Shown here: piece after piece, positions 40,191-50,811 of the stretch
Numbering within the stretch: position 1 is the stretch's first letter
How the letters are laid out: the number at the start of each line of letters is the position of its first letter
Source: Acidimicrobiia bacterium
GTDB lineage: Bacteria > Actinomycetota > Acidimicrobiia > Spongiisociales > ZC4RG35
Reading direction: 5' to 3'
Assembly (NCBI GenBank): GCA_965203555.1
Contig: CBDBCY010000004.1
Span: 1,600,001 to 1,664,000 of the forward strand
Length of the DNA: 64,000 nucleotides
The notes under the pieces: generated by a model
The model's database searches: none
What the model saw: the letters and a program-made list of their open reading frames with translations, nothing else
What the model was told of the DNA's origin: nothing
Translations under genes and position numbers: made by a program

Positions 40191-41288
40191 ATGGCCAGGC
40201 TGGTCCGTTCCGGGGCCCGGCGTCCGGCGGGCGTGGAACGCCGCGGGATGGCGGGTCCGGGCTTTGCCGCGTTGCTGGGAGTGCTCTGCGTCGTTGTGGT
40301 CTTGTCAATCGTGCTGGCGGTGACCCTGGGTCCGGCGGACATCTCACCTACTACCGCTTGGCGGATCGGGATTCACCAGTTCTTGCCGGACGCGGTGGCG
40401 GCCGACTGGCCGGCCGCGCACGAGCGGATCGTGTGGCACGTCCGTCTCCCTCGGGCGCTTCTCGCCGTGCTGGTCGGAGCGGCGCTCGCCGTGGTCGGCA
40501 CAGTGCTCCAGGCGATGGTGCGAAACCCCCTGGCGGACCCGACGATCCTCGGCGGGACCGCCAGCGCCGCAGCCGGAGCCGTCAGCGTCATGGTGCTCGG
40601 CTGGACGTTCGCGGGGACTTACACGCTGCCGGTCGCCGCGTTCGCGGGCGGTCTCATCGGCTACGGGCTGGCGTTTTTGCTGGCCAACTCCTGGGGCGGT
40701 CTCAGTCCGCTGCGCCTGGTGCTGGCCGGGATCGCGGTGGGTTTTCTCTTCTCGGCGGTAACCAGCATGCTCATCTTCATCAGCGAACAGAGTCAGACAG
40801 CGCGTCTCGCTCTCTTCTGGATGCTCGGCGCCCTGGGCGGGGCGCGGTGGGACCAACTCGGACTCCCGGCGATCCTTCTGGTCGGCGGGCTCGTCTACCT
40901 GTTGGCCCAGGCCCGTCCGCTGAACCTGCTCCTCTTCGGCGATGAGACCGCCACCAGCATGGGAGCGCCGCCGAACCGGCTGCGCCGCGTCCTCTTCGTG
41001 GTCGTGGCGCTCCTGACGGGCACGTCGGTTGCCCTGGCCGGCGGGGTCGGGTTCGTAGGCCTCGTCATCCCGCACGCCGCCCGCATGCTTGTGGGCTCCG
41101 ACCATCGCCGGGTCCTTCCGCTCGCTGCGCTGGTCGGAGCCCTCTTCCTGCTGGTGGCGGACGTGCTGGCGCGCCTGGTCATCCAGCCGCGGGAACTGCC
41201 GATCGGGGTGATCACCGCGCTGGTCGGCGCGCCCGTGTTCGCTCTGCTCCTCCGTTCCCGACTGCGAGGACCGGACCATGCCCGGTGA
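40191..41288 (+). CDS. FecCD/BtuC-family ABC permease
   Basis: VRLPRALLA, LQAMVRNPLADP, GGVGFVGLVIPH, ELPIGVITALVGAP. Confidence 0.92.
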   Translation: MARLVRSGARRPAGVERRGMAGPGFAALLGVLCVVVVLSIVLAVTLGPADISPTTAWRIGIHQFLPDAVAADWPAAHERIVWHVRLPRALLAVLVGAALAVVGTVLQAMVRNPLADPTILGGTASAAAGAVSVMVLGWTFAGTYTLPVAAFAGGLIGYGLAFLLANSWGGLSPLRLVLAGIAVGFLFSAVTSMLIFISEQSQTARLALFWMLGALGGARWDQLGLPAILLVGGLVYLLAQARPLNLLLFGDETATSMGAPPNRLRRVLFVVVALLTGTSVALAGGVGFVGLVIPHAARMLVGSDHRRVLPLAALVGALFLLVADVLARLVIQPRELPIGVITALVGAPVFALLLRSRLRGPDHAR

Positions 41289-42318
41289 TGGGCCGGACAC
41301 CAACACCTCGCACCCGCCCCCGGCCGGCGCCGACCCCACCCCCCTGCTACTGACACTGTCCGAGGTAACGGTTGCGGTGGGCGCCGTGGAGATCTGTTCA
41401 GAGGTCAGCCTGGAAGTCGAGCCCGGCCGGGTGCTGGGTGTCGTCGGGCCGAACGGCAGCGGCAAGACCACCCTGCTGCGCGCCGCCTACCGGATGTTGC
41501 GCCCGCGACTGGGGCGCGTGGTGGTGGGCGGGGACGACCTCTGGGAGTTACATCCTCTCGAGGCCGCTCGCCGTATCGCCGTGGTCGTGCAGGAGCCGAG
41601 GACCGACTTCGAGTTCACCGTGCGGGAAGTGGTTGCGATGGGACGCAGCCCTCACCAGTCGGCATTCGCCAGAGAGTCCGACCGGGACCGGCGACGAGTC
41701 AACGAAGCTCTTGCCCATGTGGGCATCAAGGCGCTGGCAACCCGGTCGTTCAGCACACTGTCGGGGGGAGAGAAGCAACGGGCGTTGATCGCCCGGGCTC
41801 TCGCGCAGGAGGCGGGCGTACTGATACTCGACGAGCCCACCAATCATCTCGACATCCGCTACCAGTTCGAAGTCCTCGATCTCGTCCGCGGTGTGGGAGT
41901 GACCACGCTCCTCTCGATCCACGACGTGAACCTGGCGGCGGAGTACTGCGACTACATCGTCGTGTTGAATGGCGGTCGCGTGCAAGCGGCCGGGCCGGTG
42001 GAGACGGTCCTGACGCCGGAGGTGTTGGAACCTGTGTTCGAAGTGAGGGTTGAACGGGTAGCACGGGCAGGAGGGCGGGCCCTGTATTGGTTCCAGAGCC
42101 GTGGTCACCCTACCGCAGCGGAGTCGGCGAAACCGGCCTCCTCCGTCTCCGCCCCCCGTTCGCCCTCGTCGAGGGTGCCAAAGCAGGGGGCAAAGGAGGA
42201 ACCAAGCCAAATTGACCATGACTTCGACTTCCAGGACCCAACATTGACGGTACCTGAGTATCCCTCCGCCAACTCACCAAGGAACCCGAAAGTGACACGG
42301 TCACAGACACCTCGCTAA
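41278..42318 (+). CDS. FecE/BtuD-type ABC ATP-binding protein
   Basis: GPNGSGKTT, LSGGEKQR, LDEPTNHLD; low-complexity C-terminal extension. Confidence 0.9.
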   Translation: MPGDGPDTNTSHPPPAGADPTPLLLTLSEVTVAVGAVEICSEVSLEVEPGRVLGVVGPNGSGKTTLLRAAYRMLRPRLGRVVVGGDDLWELHPLEAARRIAVVVQEPRTDFEFTVREVVAMGRSPHQSAFARESDRDRRRVNEALAHVGIKALATRSFSTLSGGEKQRALIARALAQEAGVLILDEPTNHLDIRYQFEVLDLVRGVGVTTLLSIHDVNLAAEYCDYIVVLNGGRVQAAGPVETVLTPEVLEPVFEVRVERVARAGGRALYWFQSRGHPTAAESAKPASSVSAPRSPSSRVPKQGAKEEPSQIDHDFDFQDPTLTVPEYPSANSPRNPKVTRSQTPR

Positions 42319-42692
42319 GGCGCAGGTCAGGAGTGGTGGCCAACACCCCGCAATTAAATAGGGCCTCGAATTCAATTTAGCCCGATCAAGATGGACCATT
42401 CAGCGTTCAGGGGCCGGTTTGCCGACTCTTTGGCGGTTTGGCTGGGCTCAGCAGGTGTTATGGACTAGCCGCAAGATGTATCTGCATCTCCTCTCAGCCC
42501 GGATGGCCACCAGCACCTACCGGTCGGTCTCAACGACGCACCAAGGTGCGAATAAACAGCAATGCTCTCGAAATCGTTCCCAGTCGGATCCGGAGGGCTG
42601 AGACCCGCCGGCGGGCTTGGTGTGCCCGGCCAGACATCTGCAGCCGGTCCGACCCGATGCGGAGAGAATCCAAAAGGGCCGGCTCTGCCCGA

Positions 42693-43574
42693 TTACCGTC
42701 GGCTGCGAGTCAGCACCGTGTTCAACCCGGCCCCGGCGAGCAGGCCCATCGCCAGAAGATACAACCACAGCAGCAGACTCAGAGCGCCACCCAGCAACCC
42801 GAACACCGCGTTCACTCCGCTGGAGGCCAACTCGAGGTAGGCGCGGAAACCTGTCGACACGACCAGCCACCACACGGTTCCCACCACCGCTCCCGGCAAC
42901 TCCCGTCGCCATGGCGCCCGCCTGCGGGACGCCATGTGGTAGACGGAGGTGGCCCACAAGACCACAACTGCGAACACCACCGGCCAGCGCAACCACCCCC
43001 AAGCCGTGGTAAACGCGGCGCCGGCCCCCAGACGCTCGGCCACCTCCTCGCCGCCACCCAGCAAGGGACCGACCACCACCATCGCCGCCACCAGCGCGGC
43101 CACCAGAATCGTGGAAGCCGTCAGGCCCAGACCCAGGACCCGGGTTGACATCCAGCTTCTGCGTTGATCGTGGCCATATGCCACGTCCAGCGCGCGTACC
43201 ACGGCGACGAAGCCCCGCGACGAGGCGTACATCGTCAAAACGACGCCAACGGTGATCAGTCCCGCATTCGACCGTTCGAAGAGCTCCGCGATGGTGGAGC
43301 GCAGCGTGTTGTCAGAGCCGAAGACCTCATGCACCTGGTTGAGCAGCCATTGCTCGGTGTCGGCAGCCGCGCCCTCACCTATCACCACGTCAAGCGAACC
43401 GAGCGCGGCAGCGAATACAAACACGGCAGGGAACAGCCCGAGGAGCGCGAAAAAGGCGATCTCAGCCGACAGGCCACCCACCCGAACCCTTGACCAGTCG
43501 AGGCGAAGCTCCTCTGCGAACCGTACAACCTGGCGTCCCGAGCTGCGGAACTGCGGCTGTGTGAAACGGCCCAT
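42693..43574 (-). CDS. YihY/BrkB family membrane protein
   Basis: LSAEIAFFALLGLFP, ASSRGF..RALDVAY, LPGAVVGTVWW, LLWLYL..LLAGAGLN; start uncertain. Confidence 0.85.
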   Translation of the reverse strand: MGRFTQPQFRSSGRQVVRFAEELRLDWSRVRVGGLSAEIAFFALLGLFPAVFVFAAALGSLDVVIGEGAAADTEQWLLNQVHEVFGSDNTLRSTIAELFERSNAGLITVGVVLTMYASSRGFVAVVRALDVAYGHDQRRSWMSTRVLGLGLTASTILVAALVAAMVVVGPLLGGGEEVAERLGAGAAFTTAWGWLRWPVVFAVVVLWATSVYHMASRRRAPWRRELPGAVVGTVWWLVVSTGFRAYLELASSGVNAVFGLLGGALSLLLWLYLLAMGLLAGAGLNTVLTRSRR

Positions 43575-44047
43575 ACCGGTCGATACTACGGTTGGCGACC
43601 GCGGGCGGCTTGCCGATGACGACCAGGCGAGCGAGCCGAGCAGTACCAGCATCCCAACCACATACGCGATCGCGTTCGCGGCGCGCAACGCGCCGATGGC
43701 CTCGGGTCCCGCGCTCTCAACCTCGGGCAGACGCGGCTGGCTCCTCGTCGTCCCCAACCACGCTCCCACCAGCCCCACCGGCCGGTTCCTACATCGGTTT
43801 TGATCATGAAGGGCCCCCGATACGACTCCCGCCACACCGGACCCGCCACGGAAACGGTGGGACGCGCCGCGGAGGCCGAAACGCCACGACTCTTTGGTGA
43901 CAGCTCTACTCCCTCCTTGAGAAGTTCAATCCGATATTGGTGATGTTCGGCAAGGGAGAACCCCGCTGGCACGTTGTTTTCTCGGGGTCACCAAACAAGA
44001 CGAATTAGTCTGTCTATCTCGTGGTGTCCCACCCTGTCGGGGGATTT

Positions 44048-45325
44048 GTGAGCAAAACCGGATCTTCAGGCGCCGATGTCCTGGTCGTTGGCGGCGGAAT
44101 CGTGGGGCTGTGCTCCGCTCTCCATTTGCAACGACGGGGGTACGCCGTCACTATCTGTGACCGCGGGGTCCCGGGCGATGGGGCATCCGGGCACAACGCC
44201 GGGCTCTTTTCAATCAGCAATTGCATTCCTACGGCTACGCCCGGTGTGATCCGCTCCGTGCCGAAGATGCTCGCAGACCCGGCTTCTCCCCTTGCAATCC
44301 GATGGCGCTACCTGCCGAAGTTGACTCCCTGGCTGGTCCGGTTTATCTTGGCGAGTCGTCCCAGCCGGGTCGAAGAACTGTCCTTGGCGCTGGCGAGCCT
44401 GCAGAAGCAAGCGGTGAGAGCGTACGCAGATCTGGTGCCCCTGCCAGACGAGGATGCTGCACTCTTCGAAGGCGGACACCTTCTCGCCTACGGGTCGGAT
44501 GCGACTTTCAAGAAGGCTGCTTACAGTCTCGGCATGCGCCGGGCGCGCGGCGTCGATATGCAGATCCTGGACGCGGCGGGCGTGGCCGCCGCCTACCCCG
44601 TTCTGACCGGCCGGATCCGACACGGCGTTTTAGTGCCCGGCTCGTATTATGCCGACCCGCAAGCGTTCACCAGGGCAGTGGCCGCCCGGTTCATCCAGGC
44701 GGGGGGACGATGGTTGCAGCGCACTGTGCGGTCCTTCGAAATCACAGGGAAGAGGGTGGCTGCCGCCGAGACTGACGACGGCCGGGTTGCGGCTTCCGCG
44801 GTGGTTGTCAGCGCCGGAGCGTGGTCGCGATCGCTGGTGCGTGCCCTGGGCTTCGATACACCGCTTGACACCGAACGCGGCTACGGCGTGCGAATTCCCG
44901 ATCCCGGCGTCGAACTGAACGGACCGATAATCTACATGGACCACCACTTGGGGATCACGCCGATTCCGGGTGAGATCCTGCTGGCGGGGACCGATGAGTT
45001 GGCCGGTCTCCACGCACCCCCGGACTACACCCGCGCCGATTTGCTCATTGAAGCCGCCAGGAAACTGTTTCCCGCTTTGAACACCGAGGGCGCCGAAAAG
45101 TGGATGAGCTTCCGCCCCTCTCATCCGGACTCACTCCCGGTCATCGGCCGATCGCCCAGGCAGGAGAACGTGTACCTCGCCTACGGCCACGGTCATGTCG
45201 GTTTCGGCCTCGGTGCGATCACGGGGGAACTGATCGGCCAGCTCGTCGACGGACGGGACACCACCGTCGACGTCGCTCCGTTTCGGCCCACCCGTTTCAC
45301 GATGTTGGGGCGCCGCAATCCCTGA
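44048..45325 (+). CDS. FAD-dependent D-amino acid dehydrogenase family (DadA-like)
   Basis: VVGGGIVG, ASGHNAG, ERGY, WMSFRPSHPDSLPVIG, AYGHGHVGFGLG. Confidence 0.88.
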   Translation: MSKTGSSGADVLVVGGGIVGLCSALHLQRRGYAVTICDRGVPGDGASGHNAGLFSISNCIPTATPGVIRSVPKMLADPASPLAIRWRYLPKLTPWLVRFILASRPSRVEELSLALASLQKQAVRAYADLVPLPDEDAALFEGGHLLAYGSDATFKKAAYSLGMRRARGVDMQILDAAGVAAAYPVLTGRIRHGVLVPGSYYADPQAFTRAVAARFIQAGGRWLQRTVRSFEITGKRVAAAETDDGRVAASAVVVSAGAWSRSLVRALGFDTPLDTERGYGVRIPDPGVELNGPIIYMDHHLGITPIPGEILLAGTDELAGLHAPPDYTRADLLIEAARKLFPALNTEGAEKWMSFRPSHPDSLPVIGRSPRQENVYLAYGHGHVGFGLGAITGELIGQLVDGRDTTVDVAPFRPTRFTMLGRRNP

Positions 45326-45404
45326 AACTCTGTTGAGTACTCGGCACCCATTACGCAGGGAGCGCCCTGATGGGAACCAACGAACCCCACGCGGGCGTGC
45401 GCCG

Positions 45405-47732
45405 CTACAGGGGAAAGAAGGTCGGCACCAGCGCTATCACGATGCCCAGCACCACGAAGGTCAGAGGGGTCCCAACCTTGGCATAGTCGATGGAGCGGTA
45501 CCCTCCCGCGCCCATGACCAACAGGTTGGCCTTGTGGCTGAAGGGAGTCATGAACGCCGCCGAAGCGGCCAGGCTGATCCCCATCATGGCTGCGTAGGGG
45601 TTCATACCCAGTTGAGCGGCGGTTTCCAATGCCACCGGCGCCATCAGCACGACCGAGGGAGCGCCGTCGAGTGCCTGGCTGAGGATGCTGGCCAACAGGA
45701 CCATGGCGATGAGAACGGCGTAATTTCCCAGCGGTCCCAGAATGTTGATGACCTGGTCGACCATCAGCTTGGCGGCGCCGGTGCTCTCCATGGCGAACCC
45801 GACCGGCAGGACAGCCGCTACCAGAAAAATCGTCCTCCATTCGATGGCCCGGTAAGCCTCCTCCATGGTCACCGTGCGGAACAGGAGAACCAGGCTGGCG
45901 GAGATGAAGGCAGCCACATGGATCGGCTGGATGCCGAACACCACCAGACCGACCATCAGCAGCAGCGCTCCCAGGGCGAGGGGCGCCTTGTTATGTCGTC
46001 GCGGACGAAGGCCTTCGGGAGAGAGAACCACGAAATCGGGATTGGTGCCAAGCAGGCGGATCCGCTCCCAGGGACCCTGGACCAGCAGGGCGTCACCCAA
46101 CTGGAAACGAAGGGTGGCCAAACCGGTGCAGATCGATCGTCCGTCTCGCCACACGGCCAGCAACTGCAGACCGTAGCGATTGCGAAACTCCAGGTCGCGT
46201 ACCGTCTTTCTCACCGCCGCGGACCTGGGCGCCAGCGCCACCTCAACGATTCCGAAGTCCTCGGACTCCAGGCCCGCCGCGTCCACCTGGGAGTGCACCT
46301 CGATATCGCCGATACCCACCAGGTGCTCAACCCGGGCAGTGTCGCAGGCAACCAGCAGGCCGTCTCCCGCCTCTATCACATCATCGGGAGACACCACCAA
46401 ACGAGTGACGTTATCGTGGACGATGGCGCCAATGGTGACTCCCACCAGTTCGCCCAGGCGACTCTCCCTGATCGTGGAACCGGCCAGAGATGACCCTGGG
46501 GGAACACTCATAACCGAGAGTTGGTCCTCCAGGGACTTCAAGGCTGACAATCCCAGGTTCTTGACGCGGAAATCACGGTCGGCCTGCATCCTTTGCAGTT
46601 CGGTTCGGGCGCCCAGTCCGATCAGCCGGTCTCCGGGCTGCAGGACCTCCGACGCCAGTTCTCCCCGGATGGTCTCCCCGCCCCGTTCGATCCCGACTAC
46701 CACGACGTGATAGCGCTGTCGGAAATCTATCTCTTTCAAGCTTTTTCCCGCCAGTCCCGAGGTTTCGGGAATTTCGGCCCGGATGGCGGTGAACCCCCTT
46801 ACCCGGGGGATCTGGCGGGTGGTGGTGGGTCGCAGTTCCACCCCACCCACCCGCATTATGTCCTCCAGATCGGACAGCCTGCCTTCCACAAGCAACACAT
46901 CCCCGCCCTTGAGAAGGGTGTCCGCCTGCGGGACGAAGTTCTTGGCCCCGGGCCGGTGAATCGAAACCACCTGAATGCCCAGCGCCCCTGACAGATTCGC
47001 CTTGGCGAGGGTTACCTTGTCGAGGGGAGATCTCTTCGGGATGGCGATCGTGAACAGCCGCTCCTCTAAGTGGTAGATGTGGGTCAGATCGGCGCTGTCG
47101 GCCACCCCGGGACCGGCCAGACGATCGGGAAGGAGTTTTCTTCCCAGTGTGATCATGAACAGGACGCCCCCGCCCAACAGCAGGGCGCCGATCGGCGTGA
47201 AATCAAACAGCCCGAACGGCTCCAAGTCCCTTTCGGCCAGAATCGACGCCGCCACGATGTTGGGCGGGGTTCCGACCATGGTGGTGGTTCCACCGAGGAT
47301 CGATCCGAACGCCAGCGGCATCATCAGTCGGGACGCTGACAGCCCAGCCCGCCGGGCGATCGCCGCCACCGCCGGCATCAGCACCGCAGTGGCGGCGATA
47401 TTGTTCATGAAGGCCGAAAGGATCCCCGACACCAGCATCAAAGTGATAATCAGCGGTATCTCCTTGCTGCCCACGAGCTTGTAGATCCTGGAAGCCACTA
47501 TGTCGGCTATGCCGGTGTAGAGCAGCGATGCGCTTATGATGAAGATGGCCAGCATGGTGATGACCGCCGGCGACGCGAACCCGGCGAATGCCTCCGTGGG
47601 GTCTACATATCCACCCAGGATCAGCACGCCCAGCCCCAAAAAGGCCGTAAGGTCGACCGGCAGCTTGGCCGTGAGGAACAAGTAGGCCATCCCCACCAAA
47701 AGCAGGATGAGGAAAGCGATCTGCCAGGTCAT
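45405..47732 (-). CDS. SLC13/CitMHS-type anion permease with an extended TrkA-C (RCK-C) region (about 4 domains)
   Basis: SAFMNNIAA, GGTTTMVGTPPN, repeated S.L.G.TL..motifs, FMTPFSHKANLLVMGAGGY. Confidence 0.88.
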   Translation of the reverse strand: MTWQIAFLILLLVGMAYLFLTAKLPVDLTAFLGLGVLILGGYVDPTEAFAGFASPAVITMLAIFIISASLLYTGIADIVASRIYKLVGSKEIPLIITLMLVSGILSAFMNNIAATAVLMPAVAAIARRAGLSASRLMMPLAFGSILGGTTTMVGTPPNIVAASILAERDLEPFGLFDFTPIGALLLGGGVLFMITLGRKLLPDRLAGPGVADSADLTHIYHLEERLFTIAIPKRSPLDKVTLAKANLSGALGIQVVSIHRPGAKNFVPQADTLLKGGDVLLVEGRLSDLEDIMRVGGVELRPTTTRQIPRVRGFTAIRAEIPETSGLAGKSLKEIDFRQRYHVVVVGIERGGETIRGELASEVLQPGDRLIGLGARTELQRMQADRDFRVKNLGLSALKSLEDQLSVMSVPPGSSLAGSTIRESRLGELVGVTIGAIVHDNVTRLVVSPDDVIEAGDGLLVACDTARVEHLVGIGDIEVHSQVDAAGLESEDFGIVEVALAPRSAAVRKTVRDLEFRNRYGLQLLAVWRDGRSICTGLATLRFQLGDALLVQGPWERIRLLGTNPDFVVLSPEGLRPRRHNKAPLALGALLLMVGLVVFGIQPIHVAAFISASLVLLFRTVTMEEAYRAIEWRTIFLVAAVLPVGFAMESTGAAKLMVDQVINILGPLGNYAVLIAMVLLASILSQALDGAPSVVLMAPVALETAAQLGMNPYAAMMGISLAASAAFMTPFSHKANLLVMGAGGYRSIDYAKVGTPLTFVVLGIVIALVPTFFPL

Positions 47733-47831
47733 CCGGCAACTCTAACGGCCGATATCATCCGGGGTTCCTACCGGCGACGTGGCCGGCGTTCGACCTCGAC
47801 ATCTCTTGTGTTCCCGGCTCCACACCTCATA

Positions 47832-49598
47832 TCAAAACGCCCACAGCCGGGGAATGAATATCACAGAGAGAATCCAGAACACGATGCTGAGCGGCACGCC
47901 GGTGCGCAAGAAGTCAGTGTATTTGTATCCACCGGCATTGTAGATCATGGTGTTCGTTTGGTAGCCGACCGGCGTTGAGAATCCGGTCGAAGCGGCGAAA
48001 GTGATGGCCATCAGGAACGGCCGAGGGTCGACGCCGATCTGTTCGGCGGTGGATATGGCGATCGGCGCAAGCAGCACCGCCGCCGCTGCGTTGCTCATTG
48101 TGTCGGTCATGATGGATGTCATCAGGTAAATGACCGCCAGCACGGCGACCGGCCCCATGTCACCGACCATCCCCACCGCCCGTTCTGCGAGGAATCCGGC
48201 TGCTCCGGTCTTTTGCATGGCGATCCCGAGAGGGAGGATCCCGGCCAGAAGGAATATGACCTGCCAGTTGATGGCGTGATAGGCCTCCTCCAATTGAAGA
48301 ACCCGAGTCACCAGCAAGGCCACGCAACCGAGCAGGGCGGTGATGAGGATGGGGAAGACGTTGAACGCCGCCAGCCCGACCACGGCGATAAGGATGCCGA
48401 TGACGAGTGGGGCCTTCTTGCGGAGCACCGCCCCCGGCACTTCGTTGAGAACGATGAAGTCACTGCTGCGACGCAGATCCCTGATTTCCTCTTCGTGAGC
48501 CTGGACCAGTAGAGCGTCCCCCAGACTCAACACCACGGAACTGAGTTTGTCGTTGATTATCTCGTCTTTGCGCTGAATGGCCAGCACCAGCGCCTTGTAA
48601 CGGTTACGGAAATCCACTTCCTTGAGGGTGTGGCCTATGAGACTCGAACCGGGGGCCACCAGAGCCTGGACCACCCGGATGTCCTCCAGTTGGAGTGCTT
48701 CGTCCCGGAGTTTGAAGTCGGCGTTCATTTCGAGACGCAGGGCGCCTCGGAGACGCATCAGAGCCGTCACGGATCCGTGCACCAACAGCACGTGATCCGG
48801 TTGCAGAACCTGGCGCAGAGGCGCCCATCCGGTGCCACCCAGTTGCATCACCCTCAATACCGTTACATCGTGTTCCTCTCCCAGCTTGCTGTCGAGTACC
48901 GATTTGCCGACCAGGGGAGAGTTGTGGCGAACTCTCATCTCCGCCACGTATTCACCCAGGTGGTAAATGGCGGCGTACTCTCTCATCTGCCGGTCGGGCA
49001 GGAGCCACCTTCCCAACACCAGGAAGAAAACCACTCCTGCCACGAACAGGATCAGACCCATTCGGCTGAACTCGAACATGCTGAAAGCGCCGTAGCCGGC
49101 CTGTTCGGAGATCGAGCTGACCAGCAGGTTCGTCGAGGTGCCTACCAGAGTGCACACGCCGCCGAACTGTGAGGCGTAGGACAGGGGAATCAACAGCTTC
49201 GATGCGGAAATCTTCCGCCGGTTTGCAAGGATCGTGACCAGCGGGATGAAAACCGCGACCGCCGCCGTGTTGTTCACGAAGGCCGACATGATGGTAACCG
49301 TTCCCATGATGACCACCAGGGAGGTGTAGTGGTCTTTTCCGAGCCGTACCATGAAGCGGCCCACCGCCGCCGTGGCGCCTGTCTTCTGTAATCCGGCGCT
49401 GAGGACGAACATGGCAGCCACGGTCAAGGTTGCAGGGTTGCTGAAACCGGAAAACCCTTCCTGGGGTGTCACCAGACCGAGAACCAGCAACGTGCCCAAC
49501 CCGATCATGGCGACCAGATCGAGGGGGTACTTCTCGGAGACGAACAGAATTACGGTCCCAACCAGAATGGCCAGCACCATGATGCCTTCGGAGGTCAT
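47832..49598 (-). CDS. SLC13-type anion permease with two TrkA-C domains
   Basis: SAFVNNTAAV, GGVCTLVGTSTN, FSTPVGYQTNTMIYNAGGY. Confidence 0.9.
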   Translation of the reverse strand: MTSEGIMVLAILVGTVILFVSEKYPLDLVAMIGLGTLLVLGLVTPQEGFSGFSNPATLTVAAMFVLSAGLQKTGATAAVGRFMVRLGKDHYTSLVVIMGTVTIMSAFVNNTAAVAVFIPLVTILANRRKISASKLLIPLSYASQFGGVCTLVGTSTNLLVSSISEQAGYGAFSMFEFSRMGLILFVAGVVFFLVLGRWLLPDRQMREYAAIYHLGEYVAEMRVRHNSPLVGKSVLDSKLGEEHDVTVLRVMQLGGTGWAPLRQVLQPDHVLLVHGSVTALMRLRGALRLEMNADFKLRDEALQLEDIRVVQALVAPGSSLIGHTLKEVDFRNRYKALVLAIQRKDEIINDKLSSVVLSLGDALLVQAHEEEIRDLRRSSDFIVLNEVPGAVLRKKAPLVIGILIAVVGLAAFNVFPILITALLGCVALLVTRVLQLEEAYHAINWQVIFLLAGILPLGIAMQKTGAAGFLAERAVGMVGDMGPVAVLAVIYLMTSIMTDTMSNAAAAVLLAPIAISTAEQIGVDPRPFLMAITFAASTGFSTPVGYQTNTMIYNAGGYKYTDFLRTGVPLSIVFWILSVIFIPRLWAF

Positions 49599-49906
49599 CT
49601 CCGTGGCCCTGTCATCGGAGTCTCCCTTCGCTGAAGCGATGGGTAAGAATAACGAACAACAGCCAAGTTGGACCGCTTATTGCAGCCCTTTTTGAAGAGT
49701 TGCCCTGTGACCTGACCGATCCTGTTGGAAACGACGGCGTCATGGGAGGCCGAGTCCACGGTTGATTTTATTCAAATCAGGCACTGTTGACACCTCGTTC
49801 TCTCCGACATCGGAGCGATCCCGATATGTCCCACGTCGGAGTCCCCGGCAATCCCTCAGGACGGCTTTGTGAGGTTCGGCTAGGCTTATCCTTTGCCGTA
49901 CAGCCC

Positions 49907-49981
49907 GCGCCCGTAGCTCAATTTGGACAGAGCGTCTGACTACGGATCAGAAGGTTGGGGGTTCGAGTCCCTCCGGGCGTG
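49907..49981 (+). tRNA. tRNA-Arg(ACG)
   Basis: Acceptor GCGCCCG/CGGGCGT, anticodon arm TCTGA-CTACGGA-TCAGA, T loop TTCGAGT; CCA not encoded (CCG follows). Confidence 0.96.
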
Positions 49982-50040
49982 CCGACCGAAGCGCCGGATC
50001 TGCCGGTGCTTCCGGTGCTTAATGACTTAAGGAGCAACCT

Positions 50041-50811
50041 GTGAAACACCCCCATGGCACATTCTGCTGGATGGACATCTATCTTCCCGACCCCGAGAAG
50101 GGGAAAGCGTTCTACAACGGTCTTTTCGGTTGGGACTGGACTGACGTCCCCATGGGCGATTCCGGGATGTTGTATACCACCTTCAACCTTGACGGCAAGA
50201 GCGTGGGCGCGATGGGACCGGCCATGCCGGGGATGTTCCCCGAAGGGGTGCCGCCTATGTGGTTCTCCTACATCGCCACCGACGACCTGGACGCCACCGC
50301 TGAGAAAGCCCGCGCTTTGGGCGCCAACTTCCTGATGGGCCCCGCCGATGTGGGTAACGGAAGGGTTGCCTTGATGCAGGAACCCGGCGGGGCCTCGCTC
50401 TTTCTCTGGCAGGCCCTCGAATTCGGAGGGGCGGACGCCATCCGCGTTCCCGGGGCCATGGTCTGGAACGAGTTGTACACCCGGGATCTGGAAGCGACCA
50501 AGAGCTTTTACACCGCCCTGTTCGGATGGGAGTGGAGCAGCATGCCGATTCCCCAGGGAGGCGACTACCACCTGGCCAACCTGGGGGATCTCCCGGTGGC
50601 GGGGGTCCTGGTCATGGACGAGAACTGGGGTGAGATCCCTCCCCATTGGATGGTTTACATCCAGGTGGAGGACGCCGACGACGCCGCTGCCCGGGTGACC
50701 AGCCTGGGAGGAGATGTCTGCGTGCCGGTCACCGAGATCGCCGTCGGTCGGTTCGCGGTGGTCAACGACGACCAAAAAGGCACCTTCACCATCTTCGAAC
50801 CCAATAGCTAA
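50041..50811 (+). CDS. VOC/glyoxalase family protein, two-domain
   Basis: PHGTFCWMDI..FYNGLFGW..PPMWFSYI and PGAMVWNEL..FYTALFGW..PPHWMVYI; AAGGAG RBS. Confidence 0.9.
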   Translation: MKHPHGTFCWMDIYLPDPEKGKAFYNGLFGWDWTDVPMGDSGMLYTTFNLDGKSVGAMGPAMPGMFPEGVPPMWFSYIATDDLDATAEKARALGANFLMGPADVGNGRVALMQEPGGASLFLWQALEFGGADAIRVPGAMVWNELYTRDLEATKSFYTALFGWEWSSMPIPQGGDYHLANLGDLPVAGVLVMDENWGEIPPHWMVYIQVEDADDAAARVTSLGGDVCVPVTEIAVGRFAVVNDDQKGTFTIFEPNS

